Assembly (NCBI GenBank): GCA_045863235.1
Contig: BTUM01000043.1
Coordinates: 1-64,000 of the forward strand
Direction of reading: 5' to 3'
DNA length: 64,000 nt
From: Candidatus Xenobia bacterium
GTDB lineage: Bacteria; Vulcanimicrobiota; Xenobia; Xenobiales; QWHO01
The notes beneath the pieces were generated by a model. The model did not search any database, had not been told where the DNA came from, and saw only the letters and a program-made list of their open reading frames with translations. The translations under genes were made by a program, and so were the position numbers. Shown here piece after piece: positions 46,525-56,914 of the stretch (position 1 is the first letter of the stretch; each line of letters begins with the position of its first letter).

Positions 46525-47610
46525 ATGGAGCTGGGCGCCGCAACCCGGGCACTGAGCAGCATCAAGGATGCCGATCCGCATCGGCTCTGGTCATGCCAGC
46601 CGGAAGAGCTGATCGAGGAAGACCAGCGACCGTTTGCGGTCAAAGGCACCTTTTACGCCTCCCCGGTCGAGGACACGGTGCTGATCGGCTATCAGGGCCG
46701 CCTGGCCCGGCTCGACAGCCTGGACGGCAAGCAGAAGGAAGTGCTCAACACCGAGAAGGCCGGCTTCTGGTTCTCGGACTGCTGGCAGACCCTGACACCG
46801 GACGGCAAGACGCTGCTGCAGGCCGATGATCAGGCCATCACCGCCCTGAACGTGGCCACTGGCAAGAAGCGCTGGACCTTCCCCAACCGGGACAAGAACA
46901 CCAGCTTCGGCCGGACCGGGCCCAGCGTGGGCCCGGACGGCACGGTGTACTTCGGCACCACCAACGGAGCCGTCTACGCCGTCAACGGCGAGACCGGCAA
47001 GAAGCTCTGGAAGGCCGAAACCGGGGCCTACGCGCGGGCCGCTCCGGCGGTGGGGCCAGACGGCAAGCTGTACGTTGGGCTGCTGGGAGGCGACAAGTTG
47101 CCCCTGGTGGTGCTGAACGCCGCGGATGGGCACGAGGAGCGGCGCCTCCCCTTAAAGGGCAGCCTGCGCACCGAGCCCTGGGTGGGCGGCGACGGGGTGG
47201 TCTTCGTCAAGCTCGATGGCGGCGTAACGGCGCTTGATCCGCAGAGTGGCGGGCAGCGCTGGAAGGTCAAGCCGGCCTCACGCGACGACGTGCTGGGCCC
47301 GGCGCCAGGCCCGGACGGGCAGTACTACTTCAGCACTCGCCAGGGCAAGCTGCTGGCCGTGAACGCTGCGGACGGACAGGAGACCTGGCGCCTGGACGCC
47401 GAGCAGCGCCTCAGCTCGGGCCCGCAGGTGGACCGCCACGGAGTGCTCTACGTCATGAACGACGAGGGCGAGGTGGAAGCCTTCGCCCGCAACAAGGGTG
47501 CTCGCCTGGCCGCCCAGGCCAGCTCCGCGCTGGCGGCCGGACCCGCGGTGGGAGCCGTCCACGGCTACTTCGTGGTGGGCGGCGTGCGACTGGCCATGGC
47601 CTCTCGCTGA
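46525..47610 (+). CDS. PQQ-like beta-propeller protein with the C-terminal VGGV motif
   Basis: GPDGTVYFG...AVN..TGK..W blades; ends VGAVHGYFVVGGVRLAMASR; no signal peptide. Confidence 0.88.
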   Translation: MELGAATRALSSIKDADPHRLWSCQPEELIEEDQRPFAVKGTFYASPVEDTVLIGYQGRLARLDSLDGKQKEVLNTEKAGFWFSDCWQTLTPDGKTLLQADDQAITALNVATGKKRWTFPNRDKNTSFGRTGPSVGPDGTVYFGTTNGAVYAVNGETGKKLWKAETGAYARAAPAVGPDGKLYVGLLGGDKLPLVVLNAADGHEERRLPLKGSLRTEPWVGGDGVVFVKLDGGVTALDPQSGGQRWKVKPASRDDVLGPAPGPDGQYYFSTRQGKLLAVNAADGQETWRLDAEQRLSSGPQVDRHGVLYVMNDEGEVEAFARNKGARLAAQASSALAAGPAVGAVHGYFVVGGVRLAMASR

Positions 47611-47661
47611 GCGCTGATCTGCATCATTTGCCAGCCCGGCAGGCCTGTTATTCTGACGGTG

Positions 47662-48861
47662 ATGACCGAGCAAAAGTCAGTCCAGGATATCGGACTCCCG
47701 GAATTCTCCCTGGTCCTGGGAGGGCCACTTTACCAGCTCTTTCGTCGAGCCCATCTGACCGGGGACCATCTCGAGCACCTGAAGCGTCGCCTGCTGCTCC
47801 TGCCCTTGCTGGCCTGGCTGCCTCTGCTCGTACTCTCGGCGCTGGAGGGCAACGCCTGGGGCCCCAGGGTGCAGGTCCCGTTCCTCTTCGACCTGGACGT
47901 GCACACGCGGTTCTTGCTGGCTCTTCCGCTGTTCATCGCGGCCGAGCTGGTTGTTCACCAGCGCATGCGCGTCATGGTCTCGCAGTTCGTGGATCGCGGC
48001 CTGGTGCCCTCGGGCGAGCTCGAGAAGTTCAAGGCCGCCATCAGCTCGGCCTTTCGCCTGCGCAACTCGGTCCTGGCAGAAGTCTTGCTCGTTGCCATTG
48101 TCTACGGGGTCGGGGTTCTCTTCATCTGGAGGAGCTACGCGGCCCTGGACGTGGCCAACTGGAGTGGGACCACGGTCACCGGTCAGATGCACCCGACTCT
48201 GGCCGGCTGGTGGTATGGCTTGCTGAGCCTGCCGCTGATCCAGTTCCTCTTGCTGCGCTGGTACTATCGGCTGTTCATCTGGTCGCGGTTTCTCTTCCAG
48301 GTCTCCCGCTTGAAGCTCGAGCTCGTTCCCACCCATCCCGATGGCGCGGGAGGGCTGGGATTCCTGGGCGGAGTGGGCCAGACCTTCGCCCTCCTGATGA
48401 TCGCCCAGGGAGCGCTCCTGGCCGGAGTGCTGGCCAACCGGATCTTCATCCACGGAGCCAGGCTGACCGACTTCAAGCTCGAGATCATCGGCTGGGTGGC
48501 CCTGATCCTGTGCTTCGTCCTGGGTCCGCTCTGCTTGCTTCTCCCCACGCTGGCCGACTGCAAGCGGGTGGGCCTGAGGGAGTATGGAGCCCTTGCCCAG
48601 CGCTATGTCCGGGAGTTCGACCAGAAGTGGCTGCGAGGTGGAGCCCCGAGCGACGAGCCTCTGCTTGGCAGCGCCGACATCCAGTCGCTGAATGACCTGA
48701 GCGCCAGCTACCAGAACGTCAGGGAGATGAAGCTCGTTCCGGTTTCGCGGGACGCCCTCATCCAGGTGGTGCTCATCGCTTTGTTGCCCATCTCGCCTCT
48801 GGTCTTGACCATGATCCCGTTCTCCGAGCTGCTCGAGCGGCTCCTGGCGGTCGTGTTCTGA
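47662..48861 (+). CDS. Conserved multi-pass membrane protein
   Basis: Several TM segments; HPDGAGGLGFLG, LLGSADIQSLNDL. Confidence 0.85.
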   Translation: MTEQKSVQDIGLPEFSLVLGGPLYQLFRRAHLTGDHLEHLKRRLLLLPLLAWLPLLVLSALEGNAWGPRVQVPFLFDLDVHTRFLLALPLFIAAELVVHQRMRVMVSQFVDRGLVPSGELEKFKAAISSAFRLRNSVLAEVLLVAIVYGVGVLFIWRSYAALDVANWSGTTVTGQMHPTLAGWWYGLLSLPLIQFLLLRWYYRLFIWSRFLFQVSRLKLELVPTHPDGAGGLGFLGGVGQTFALLMIAQGALLAGVLANRIFIHGARLTDFKLEIIGWVALILCFVLGPLCLLLPTLADCKRVGLREYGALAQRYVREFDQKWLRGGAPSDEPLLGSADIQSLNDLSASYQNVREMKLVPVSRDALIQVVLIALLPISPLVLTMIPFSELLERLLAVVF

Positions 48862-48919
48862 GCTTCCAGGAGCCCGTCGCTGAGAGGAAAGCGCCCCGAT
48901 GATCTGCAAAGGGGCGCCT

Positions 48920-49876
48920 ATGGCAGGGGATCGAAATCAAGCCAAGGCGGCCCGTCTCCACCGGTTGAGCCTGCTCCTGCGGTCTCGCTCCTACTCGTTG
49001 GACGAGCTGGCCGAGGAGTTCGGCAAAGACAGGCGCACCATCCAGCGAGACCTGGCCCACCTGCGCGAGTGGCTCGGCTGCCAGCTCGAGCCTCGCGACG
49101 GGCGCTACCAGCTCGACTCGGAGGGCTACCTGACTCCTCCCCCTTTGACCGTGGAAGAGATGTGGGCGCTGTTCCTGGCCTGTCGCACGCTGGCCAGGCG
49201 GGGCACCTTTCCCGAAGCGGCCAAAACCGCCCTGGAAAAGCTGCGCGGCTCGGCCCAGTCCATCACGCGCCGCACCCTGGTGGACCTGGAGGAAGCCGTC
49301 GAGGTGGGTCCGGATCAGCACGCCTTCTCCTCGGAGTACCTGCGCCTGACCCTGGAAGCTTACCGTCGCAGGGAATCGATCGACATCGAGTATCGCTCCA
49401 TCAAGAGCAGCCAGGCCGTGGCCCGGCGGCTGGACCCCTGGGGGGTCTTCTTCCTGCAAGACCACTGGTACGTGGTGGGTTTTGACCACCTGCGCGGCGA
49501 GCAGCGCACCTTCAAGCTGGCCCGGATCCAGTCGCTCAAGCTCAGCGGAGTCAAGCACGAGCGGCCGCGGGACTTCGAACCCGGCTCGGCGGTCTTCCAC
49601 AGCTTCGACGTGGGCGATGCCCCTCCCCAGAGAGTCCGCCTGAAAGTAACGCCCGAGCTGGCCCGCCTGCTCGAGGAGAATCCCGGCCATCCGACCCAGA
49701 GGGTGGAGGGCGAGCTGGTCGAGCTCCAGGTCAAGGCTCCCCTGCGCATGCTCCGCTGGTTGCTGGGCCTGGGCAACATGGAGGTGCTCGAGCCGCCCGA
49801 ATTACGTGCCGCCCTGGCCGCCGAGGCCAGGTCGATCGCGGACCGGCACACCGCAACACGGGACCCGCATCGGTGA
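48920..49876 (+). CDS. HTH-WYL-WCX transcriptional regulator
   Basis: ELAEEFGKDRRTIQRDL; RRLDPWG...WYVVGFD...RTFKLARI; EVLEPPELR. Confidence 0.95.
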   Translation: MAGDRNQAKAARLHRLSLLLRSRSYSLDELAEEFGKDRRTIQRDLAHLREWLGCQLEPRDGRYQLDSEGYLTPPPLTVEEMWALFLACRTLARRGTFPEAAKTALEKLRGSAQSITRRTLVDLEEAVEVGPDQHAFSSEYLRLTLEAYRRRESIDIEYRSIKSSQAVARRLDPWGVFFLQDHWYVVGFDHLRGEQRTFKLARIQSLKLSGVKHERPRDFEPGSAVFHSFDVGDAPPQRVRLKVTPELARLLEENPGHPTQRVEGELVELQVKAPLRMLRWLLGLGNMEVLEPPELRAALAAEARSIADRHTATRDPHR

Positions 49877-51303
49877 CCGAGCGCCTGCTCGAGTTGCTGC
49901 GCGCCCACGGCTCCAACGTCTACTCCTTCGAGATGCTCGAGCCGGGGCTGGAGTACTGGCTCAATTCCGATGGCACCGCCGCCGTGGCCTACGTCGACAG
50001 CGGTGGCTACTGGGTAGCGGTCGGAGCGCCTCTGGCCCCCCCCAACCAGGTCGAGCAGGTGGCCCTGGAGTGGGCTCGCGAGGCGCGCCGACAGGGCCGC
50101 GGCGCGGCCTTCTTCGGGGCCTCAGACCGGCTGGTGGACCGGCTGGCTTCCGGCCCCTGGGACTGGCTGCAGATCGGCCAACAGCCCGCCTGGGATCCGC
50201 GTAACTGGAGCCGCAAGCTCCGCTCCTCCCCCGACCTGCGCCGGCGGCTGCGGCGAGCCGTCAAAGCCGGAGTCAGCGTGAGCGAGGTGCCCTGGCAAGA
50301 ACTGCAAGAGGGCTCGGCCCTGCGCGTGCAGGCCGACGCCCTGGTGCGGGCCTGGGAGACGGGCCACGCCATGCCGCCCATGCGCTTCATGGTCACGCTC
50401 GACCTCTTCTCGCACCTCTGCGAGCGCCGCTTCTTCATCGCTCGAGATCCGTCGGGGCTGGTGGGCCTGCTGGTGGGGGTGCCCATCTATGCCCGGGGGG
50501 GGTGGCTGCTCGACGACCTGCTCGTGCTGCGAGGCAGCGCCCCGGGCGCCTCGGAGGCCCTGATCGACCTGGCCATGAGCACTTTCGAGCGCGAGCAGGT
50601 GAGCTACGTCTCTCTGGGCATGGTGGCGCTGTCCGGGCTGGGCGAAGGCCGCCTGAGCCGTTACCCCCACCCCATCCTGGATCGGCTCTTCAACTTCAGC
50701 CTGCGCTCGATGTCGTGGCTCTACAGCTTTCATGGCATCCGCGCCTTCCGCTCCAAGTTCATGCCCGACGCCTGGGAGCCGGTCTACCTGGTGGGCTACC
50801 GCCGGGTGCACCTGTTCACCATGCGGGCCGTGCTGATGGCTTTCAGCGGCGGCTGGCTGCCCCGTTTCGTGGCTCGGGTGGCCACCCACCAGCTGGCCCC
50901 CCGGGTTGCTGGGGTCAACCCGGCCGTCTTCCCCACCCTGGCAGCCGGCATGACGCTCTGGAGCGGCGTGCTGCTCTCCCACGCCCACCTCTTCGGCGGT
51001 CTGGCCCCGGCCTGGGGCTGGACCCTGTACGACTGGCTGCAGGCCGGGGCCCTCTGGAAAGTGGGCACCAGCCGCGACCTGGCCGAACGGCGAAAGGCCG
51101 CCGCCCTGGCCACCCGGCTGGCGGCTGTGGACGCCCTTGTCAGCCTGGTGCAGCTCGCCCTGTCGCCACGTCGCTCACGTGGCTTCCTGGAGGGGTTGAT
51201 CACCGGGGCGGCGGTCACGGGCCCACTCGCCCTGGCGGGCTTCTTGTGGCTCTACGAGCGGGGTCTGGAGGACGTTCAGGGCTCTTTCAGGCCCTCCCGG
51301 TAA
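49873..51303 (+). CDS. DUF2156 / MprF C-terminal-like aminoacyl-phosphatidylglycerol synthase domain with C-terminal TM segments
   Basis: VAVGAPL, APGASEALI, VSLGMVALS, YSFHGIRAFRSKF.P..WEPVY. Confidence 0.85.
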   Translation: MTERLLELLRAHGSNVYSFEMLEPGLEYWLNSDGTAAVAYVDSGGYWVAVGAPLAPPNQVEQVALEWAREARRQGRGAAFFGASDRLVDRLASGPWDWLQIGQQPAWDPRNWSRKLRSSPDLRRRLRRAVKAGVSVSEVPWQELQEGSALRVQADALVRAWETGHAMPPMRFMVTLDLFSHLCERRFFIARDPSGLVGLLVGVPIYARGGWLLDDLLVLRGSAPGASEALIDLAMSTFEREQVSYVSLGMVALSGLGEGRLSRYPHPILDRLFNFSLRSMSWLYSFHGIRAFRSKFMPDAWEPVYLVGYRRVHLFTMRAVLMAFSGGWLPRFVARVATHQLAPRVAGVNPAVFPTLAAGMTLWSGVLLSHAHLFGGLAPAWGWTLYDWLQAGALWKVGTSRDLAERRKAAALATRLAAVDALVSLVQLALSPRRSRGFLEGLITGAAVTGPLALAGFLWLYERGLEDVQGSFRPSR

Positions 51304-51336
51304 ACTCGAAGCAGCGAGCCCGAGGAGAGAAAGTCG

Positions 51337-52023
51337 ATGCGAACTGTCAGCGAGAACTACTTCCAGACGACCTACGCCGCCCCCGTGCGGCAAACCAAGA
51401 TCTACGCCTACGCCGATCTGGACAACTCGGGCGACTTCAATCCCGAGGTCGACCGCCAGTTGGGCTCGACCTCGGAGAGCGGTTCCAGCGCTCTGGTCTA
51501 CAGCAGGCTGGCCGCTCTGGTCGCAAGCAAGAACGGACCGGTCTCGGGGGCCGAGGCGGCTGGCTCGACCGAGGAAGAGCCTCGCTTCATCAGCTTCTAC
51601 AAGCTTCCCCCGGGGCTCACCCACCCGGTCGTCGACTTCACATTTCAGGCCACCGAGGACGGTGGAATCGAAGCCCGCTTCACGGTGCAGAAACGAGCCT
51701 TGATGTACCCCACCCCCGAGGGCCACCTCGGCATCGACCACGATGCCGATGGCCGGCCTGACGCCAAGCTCCACGTGGAGCACTGGCTCGAGCAGGGCGA
51801 AAAGATCCCCAACTTTGGGGCCGAGATGGCTGAGCAGCTTTCCTTCAACGGAGAGGCCGGCCCCTACGCCGACAACGGTCCAGGTCCCGACCAAGCCCGG
51901 GTCTTCGAGTCCCCGGCGCGCCTCTTCGGAGGAGGTTTTCTGGATGTGATCGAGCGCACCATCATCAGAACGCCTTCCAGCCTGGAAATCGCCTACAACG
52001 TGGTCCCCTTCAAGCAGGACTGA
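51337..52023 (+). CDS. Hypothetical protein
   Basis: 228-aa ORF, AGGAG RBS, host-like codon use. Confidence 0.7.
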   Translation: MRTVSENYFQTTYAAPVRQTKIYAYADLDNSGDFNPEVDRQLGSTSESGSSALVYSRLAALVASKNGPVSGAEAAGSTEEEPRFISFYKLPPGLTHPVVDFTFQATEDGGIEARFTVQKRALMYPTPEGHLGIDHDADGRPDAKLHVEHWLEQGEKIPNFGAEMAEQLSFNGEAGPYADNGPGPDQARVFESPARLFGGGFLDVIERTIIRTPSSLEIAYNVVPFKQD

Positions 52024-52122
52024 TCGACGACAGGAGAAGCCCGAGAAGGCTCTTGAAGCAGGCGGGCTCGCGGCAGTCATCCAGCGCCCGGGAGACGTCG
52101 GGCGGGCTCCGTTCACCTCATG

Positions 52123-53580
<1,458 letters not shown>

Positions 53581-53601
53581 CAGTCCTACCCGAATGGCGT
53601 T

Positions 53602-53898
53602 CTACTCGGCAGACTCGCCGCTGTCGACGGCCACGACCGAGACCAGAGCGCGCCCGTCCTTGTGCTCGAAGCGCACCACGCCGTCAGCCACCGCGAACAG
53701 CGTGAAGTCGCGGCCCATCTGCACGTTGTCGCCGGGCCGGAACTTGGAGCCGCGCTGGCGCACGAGAATATTGCCGGCCAGCACTGCCTGGCCGCCGTAG
53801 CGCTTCACACCCAGCATCTTCGGGTTGGAATCGCGCCCGTTCTTCGAAGACCCCATGCCCTTCTTATGGGCAAAGCGGGTCAGGTCCATCCAGAACAT
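53602..53898 (-). CDS. rpmA: 50S ribosomal protein bL27 with an N-terminal pro-extension
   Basis: [24 protein letters not shown]...[18 protein letters not shown] before ATG 53898. Confidence 0.98.
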   Translation of the reverse strand: MFWMDLTRFAHKKGMGSSKNGRDSNPKMLGVKRYGGQAVLAGNILVRQRGSKFRPGDNVQMGRDFTLFAVADGVVRFEHKDGRALVSVVAVDSGESAE

Positions 53899-53924
53899 TT
53901 GACTATCCTCCTGTCAGGGCTCCC

Positions 53925-53953
53925 ATTATAGTCACCGGTGGGCAGGCACGCAA
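53925..53953 (-). promoter_or_regulatory. sigma70 promoter of rpmA-obgE
   Basis: TTGCGT-N17-TATAAT. Confidence 0.8.
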
Positions 53954-53983
53954 GAGCGGGAAGAGAATTACTCTCCAAGCGAC

Positions 53984-54343
53984 ATGATGAGCGTGCCCCG
54001 CAGATCCCGGCGAGACCTTTTCTGGGCCCTTCTGGTGCTTTCCCTGCTGGCCCTGGGCCTGCAGAGCCTGCCCCGGCAGTCGCCTCCCCCTGCCCCGAGC
54101 GACTGGTGGACCGTTACCAGCGAGGCCAATCACGCCCTGGAGCAGGGCCAGCACCTGCGGGCCGAGGCCACTTTCGAGCAGGCGCTCGAGCTGGCAGACC
54201 AGCCGGCCCTGGAATACTCCAGCCTGCAGAGCCTGGCCTGCGTCAAGGACTTGCTGGGCAAGAAGGGCCAGGCCGAGGAGCTGAGAGTGCAGGCAGGCCG
54301 TCTCTACCACCTCGAGCCCGGCCTGGCCACCCCGGCGCGCTGA
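53984..54343 (+). CDS. Small membrane-anchored TPR-like protein
   Basis: TM segment, then ALEQGQHLRAEATFEQALELA. Confidence 0.7.
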   Translation: MMSVPRRSRRDLFWALLVLSLLALGLQSLPRQSPPPAPSDWWTVTSEANHALEQGQHLRAEATFEQALELADQPALEYSSLQSLACVKDLLGKKGQAEELRVQAGRLYHLEPGLATPAR

Positions 54344-54344
54344 C

Positions 54345-55916
54345 GTGGAAGAAAAGCTGCTGCTGGAAAAGATCCACGAGCTGAGGAGGCGCCTGCGCTT
54401 CGTCTGGATGGTCAACGGCGCCCTGCAGTGGTGCCTGGCTGGCTCGCTGGTGACGCTGCTGTCGATCTTCTGCCTCAAGCTGCTCGATCGGCCCCCCCAC
54501 GAGCTGACCGCGGCCACCCTGGCCCTGGTATTGTTCCCGCTGGGCGGGGCGGTGGCGGCGGGTCTGCGCAAGCTGCCCCTGATGTCGGTGGCCCTGGCCA
54601 CCGACCGCAAGCTCGGTCTCAAGGAGCGGTTGACCACGGGCCTGGAGTGGAGCCTGTCTGACCGTCCGCGCACGGTGGTGGCCCAGCGCCTGCTGCGCGA
54701 CGCCAGCCAGTATGCCGCCGGGGTCGATCCGGGCAAGACCTTCAAGCCGAGGATGCCCCGCTCGCTGCGCCAGGCGGCCGTGGCCAGCCTGCTGGCCAGC
54801 CTGCTGCTGGTGCTCCCCCCCTGGCACCTGTTCCAGCCCCGCCTGAGCGCCGACGAGATCCGGGTGGTGCGCCAGGCAGCCGAGCGGCTCGACCAGAAGG
54901 CGCGCGAGCTGCGCCAGCGTTTCCCCAACTCGCGCCAGGCCCGGGCCACCGCCCAGAAGCTGGAAGACCTGGCCCGCCGGCTACGCGAGCCGGGCACCGA
55001 GCGCGAAGAAGCCGCCGCCCGGGTGGCCAGCCTGGCTGAGCAGCTCAAGGGCCAGGCCCGCGGCCAGGGACAGGGGTCAGCCCAGAACCAGGGCCAGACC
55101 GGAATGAGCGATGCCCGCGAGCAGGCCGAGCGGCTGCGCGCCCTGGCCCGCCGGGCCCAGCGCGAGGGCCTCAGCCAGGGGCTGGGCAAGGACATCCAGA
55201 AAGAAGCCGAGCGGGCCGACCCCAAGAGTGGTCAGAGCCAGGCCCTCAAGCAGGCTCAGAAGGCCGCTCAGCAGGGCAACTCGCAGGCCACCGCCGAGTC
55301 GCTGGAGGCGGCCGCCCAGGCCGCCGCGCAACAGGCTGCCGAGCAGCAGGAGATGCAGCAAGAGGTCTCCGAGAGCCTGCAAGAATGCCAGTCGGGCCTG
55401 TGCAAGGAGGGAGGGCCGGGCAAGGGCAACTCGCAGGGCCAGCCTCAGGCCGGTCAGGGACAGCAGTCCGGGCAGGCGATGGCCAATCAGCCCGGCCAGC
55501 AGCCGGGCAAGGGAGGCAAGAAGGCACCCGCCGACTTCGGCAAGGGCACCACCAACGAGCAGAGTGCCAACAATCCCGATGGCAAACAGAGAGACTACGT
55601 CTTCGACCGCCAGTCGAAAGAGACGTCCGACTGGACCGAAGAGTATGAGCGGCTCTATGCCAGCAAGCGGGTGCACCGCGACACGGCCGACGCCATGGTC
55701 AAGGGCCAGCTGACTCCGGGCCAGATGCTACCGGCCCAGGGCCAGGTGCGGGGGGCACCCAGGAGCCAGCCGGGCGCCGGGGAAGGGGCCGAGGAAGTCT
55801 ACCTGAACTACAAACGCGAAGCCGAAGAGGCGGTCACCCGACAGAACGTGCCAGCGGAGTATCGCGAGCTGGTGCGCAACTACTTCGACGGGATCGATCC
55901 GCGGGAAGGAAAATAA
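54345..55916 (+). CDS. Membrane protein with a Gln/Ala-rich coiled coil (MoxR-cluster associated)
   Basis: DRKLGLKERLTT; C-terminal VPAEYRELVRNYF. Confidence 0.85.
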   Translation: MEEKLLLEKIHELRRRLRFVWMVNGALQWCLAGSLVTLLSIFCLKLLDRPPHELTAATLALVLFPLGGAVAAGLRKLPLMSVALATDRKLGLKERLTTGLEWSLSDRPRTVVAQRLLRDASQYAAGVDPGKTFKPRMPRSLRQAAVASLLASLLLVLPPWHLFQPRLSADEIRVVRQAAERLDQKARELRQRFPNSRQARATAQKLEDLARRLREPGTEREEAAARVASLAEQLKGQARGQGQGSAQNQGQTGMSDAREQAERLRALARRAQREGLSQGLGKDIQKEAERADPKSGQSQALKQAQKAAQQGNSQATAESLEAAAQAAAQQAAEQQEMQQEVSESLQECQSGLCKEGGPGKGNSQGQPQAGQGQQSGQAMANQPGQQPGKGGKKAPADFGKGTTNEQSANNPDGKQRDYVFDRQSKETSDWTEEYERLYASKRVHRDTADAMVKGQLTPGQMLPAQGQVRGAPRSQPGAGEGAEEVYLNYKREAEEAVTRQNVPAEYRELVRNYFDGIDPREGK

Positions 55917-56914
55917 TGCCCCATCGGGTCGAGAAGTTCGCCAGCCAGCTGCAGGCGCTGCGCGAGGAGATCGCAAAGCGCCTCGTAGGCCAGAAAGAGC
56001 TGGTCGAGCAGGTGCTCATCGCCATCGTGGCCGGCGGCCACGTGCTGCTCGAGGGGGTGCCCGGGCTGGGCAAGACCATGCTGGTCAAAACCCTCTCCTC
56101 ATGCATGGACCTCTCCTTCAACCGCATCCAGTTCACCCCCGACCTGATGCCGGCCGACATCACCGGCACCAACCTGGTGGACGAGGACGAGCACGGCAAG
56201 CGGGTCTTCCGCTTCTCGGCCGGCCCCATCTTCGCCAGCCTGGTGCTGGCCGACGAGATCAACCGGGCCACCCCCAAGACCCAGTCGGCCCTGCTCGAGG
56301 CCATGCAGGAAAAGAGCGTGACCGTGGCCGGGGTGGTGCACCCGCTGCCCGATCCCTTCTTCGTGCTGGCCACCCAGAACCCGATCGACATGGAAGGAAC
56401 CTATCCGCTGCCCGAGGCCCAGGTGGATCGCTTCATGTTCAAGCTCAACGTGCGCTTTCCCGACGAGCGTGAGCTCTCCGACATCCTGGACCTGACCACC
56501 GGCACGCGTCAGGCCGAGCTGAAGGCGGTCTGCGACGGCCAGACCTTGCTGGAGATGAACCGCCTGGCCCGCGAGGTGGTGGCCGCCGAGCCGGTGCGCG
56601 ACTACGCTGCCCGGCTGGTTCTGGCCACCCATCCCGAGCTGCCCAACGCCCATGCCCAGGTGAAGCGGTTCGTGCGCTTCGGGGCCAGCCCCCGTGGGGG
56701 CCAGACGCTGCTGCTGGCCGGCAAGGTGCGGGCTTTGATGGAGGGGCGCTTCAACCTGGCCTTCGAGGACATCCAGGCGGTAGCCGCCTCGGCGCTGCGC
56801 CACCGGCTGATCTTGAGCTTCGAGGGTGAGGCCGAAGGCATCAAGACCGACCAGATCATCGCCGACCTGGTCCAGTCCCTGCCGGTGGAGGCGGCCGCCC
56901 TGCCCGGTGTCTAA
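55916..56914 (+). CDS. moxR: MoxR-family AAA+ ATPase
   Basis: HVLLEGVPGLGKT, RIQFTPDLMPAD, LADEINRATPKTQSALLEAMQE, ATQNP, GASPRG. Confidence 0.97.
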   Translation: MPHRVEKFASQLQALREEIAKRLVGQKELVEQVLIAIVAGGHVLLEGVPGLGKTMLVKTLSSCMDLSFNRIQFTPDLMPADITGTNLVDEDEHGKRVFRFSAGPIFASLVLADEINRATPKTQSALLEAMQEKSVTVAGVVHPLPDPFFVLATQNPIDMEGTYPLPEAQVDRFMFKLNVRFPDERELSDILDLTTGTRQAELKAVCDGQTLLEMNRLAREVVAAEPVRDYAARLVLATHPELPNAHAQVKRFVRFGASPRGGQTLLLAGKVRALMEGRFNLAFEDIQAVAASALRHRLILSFEGEAEGIKTDQIIADLVQSLPVEAAALPGV

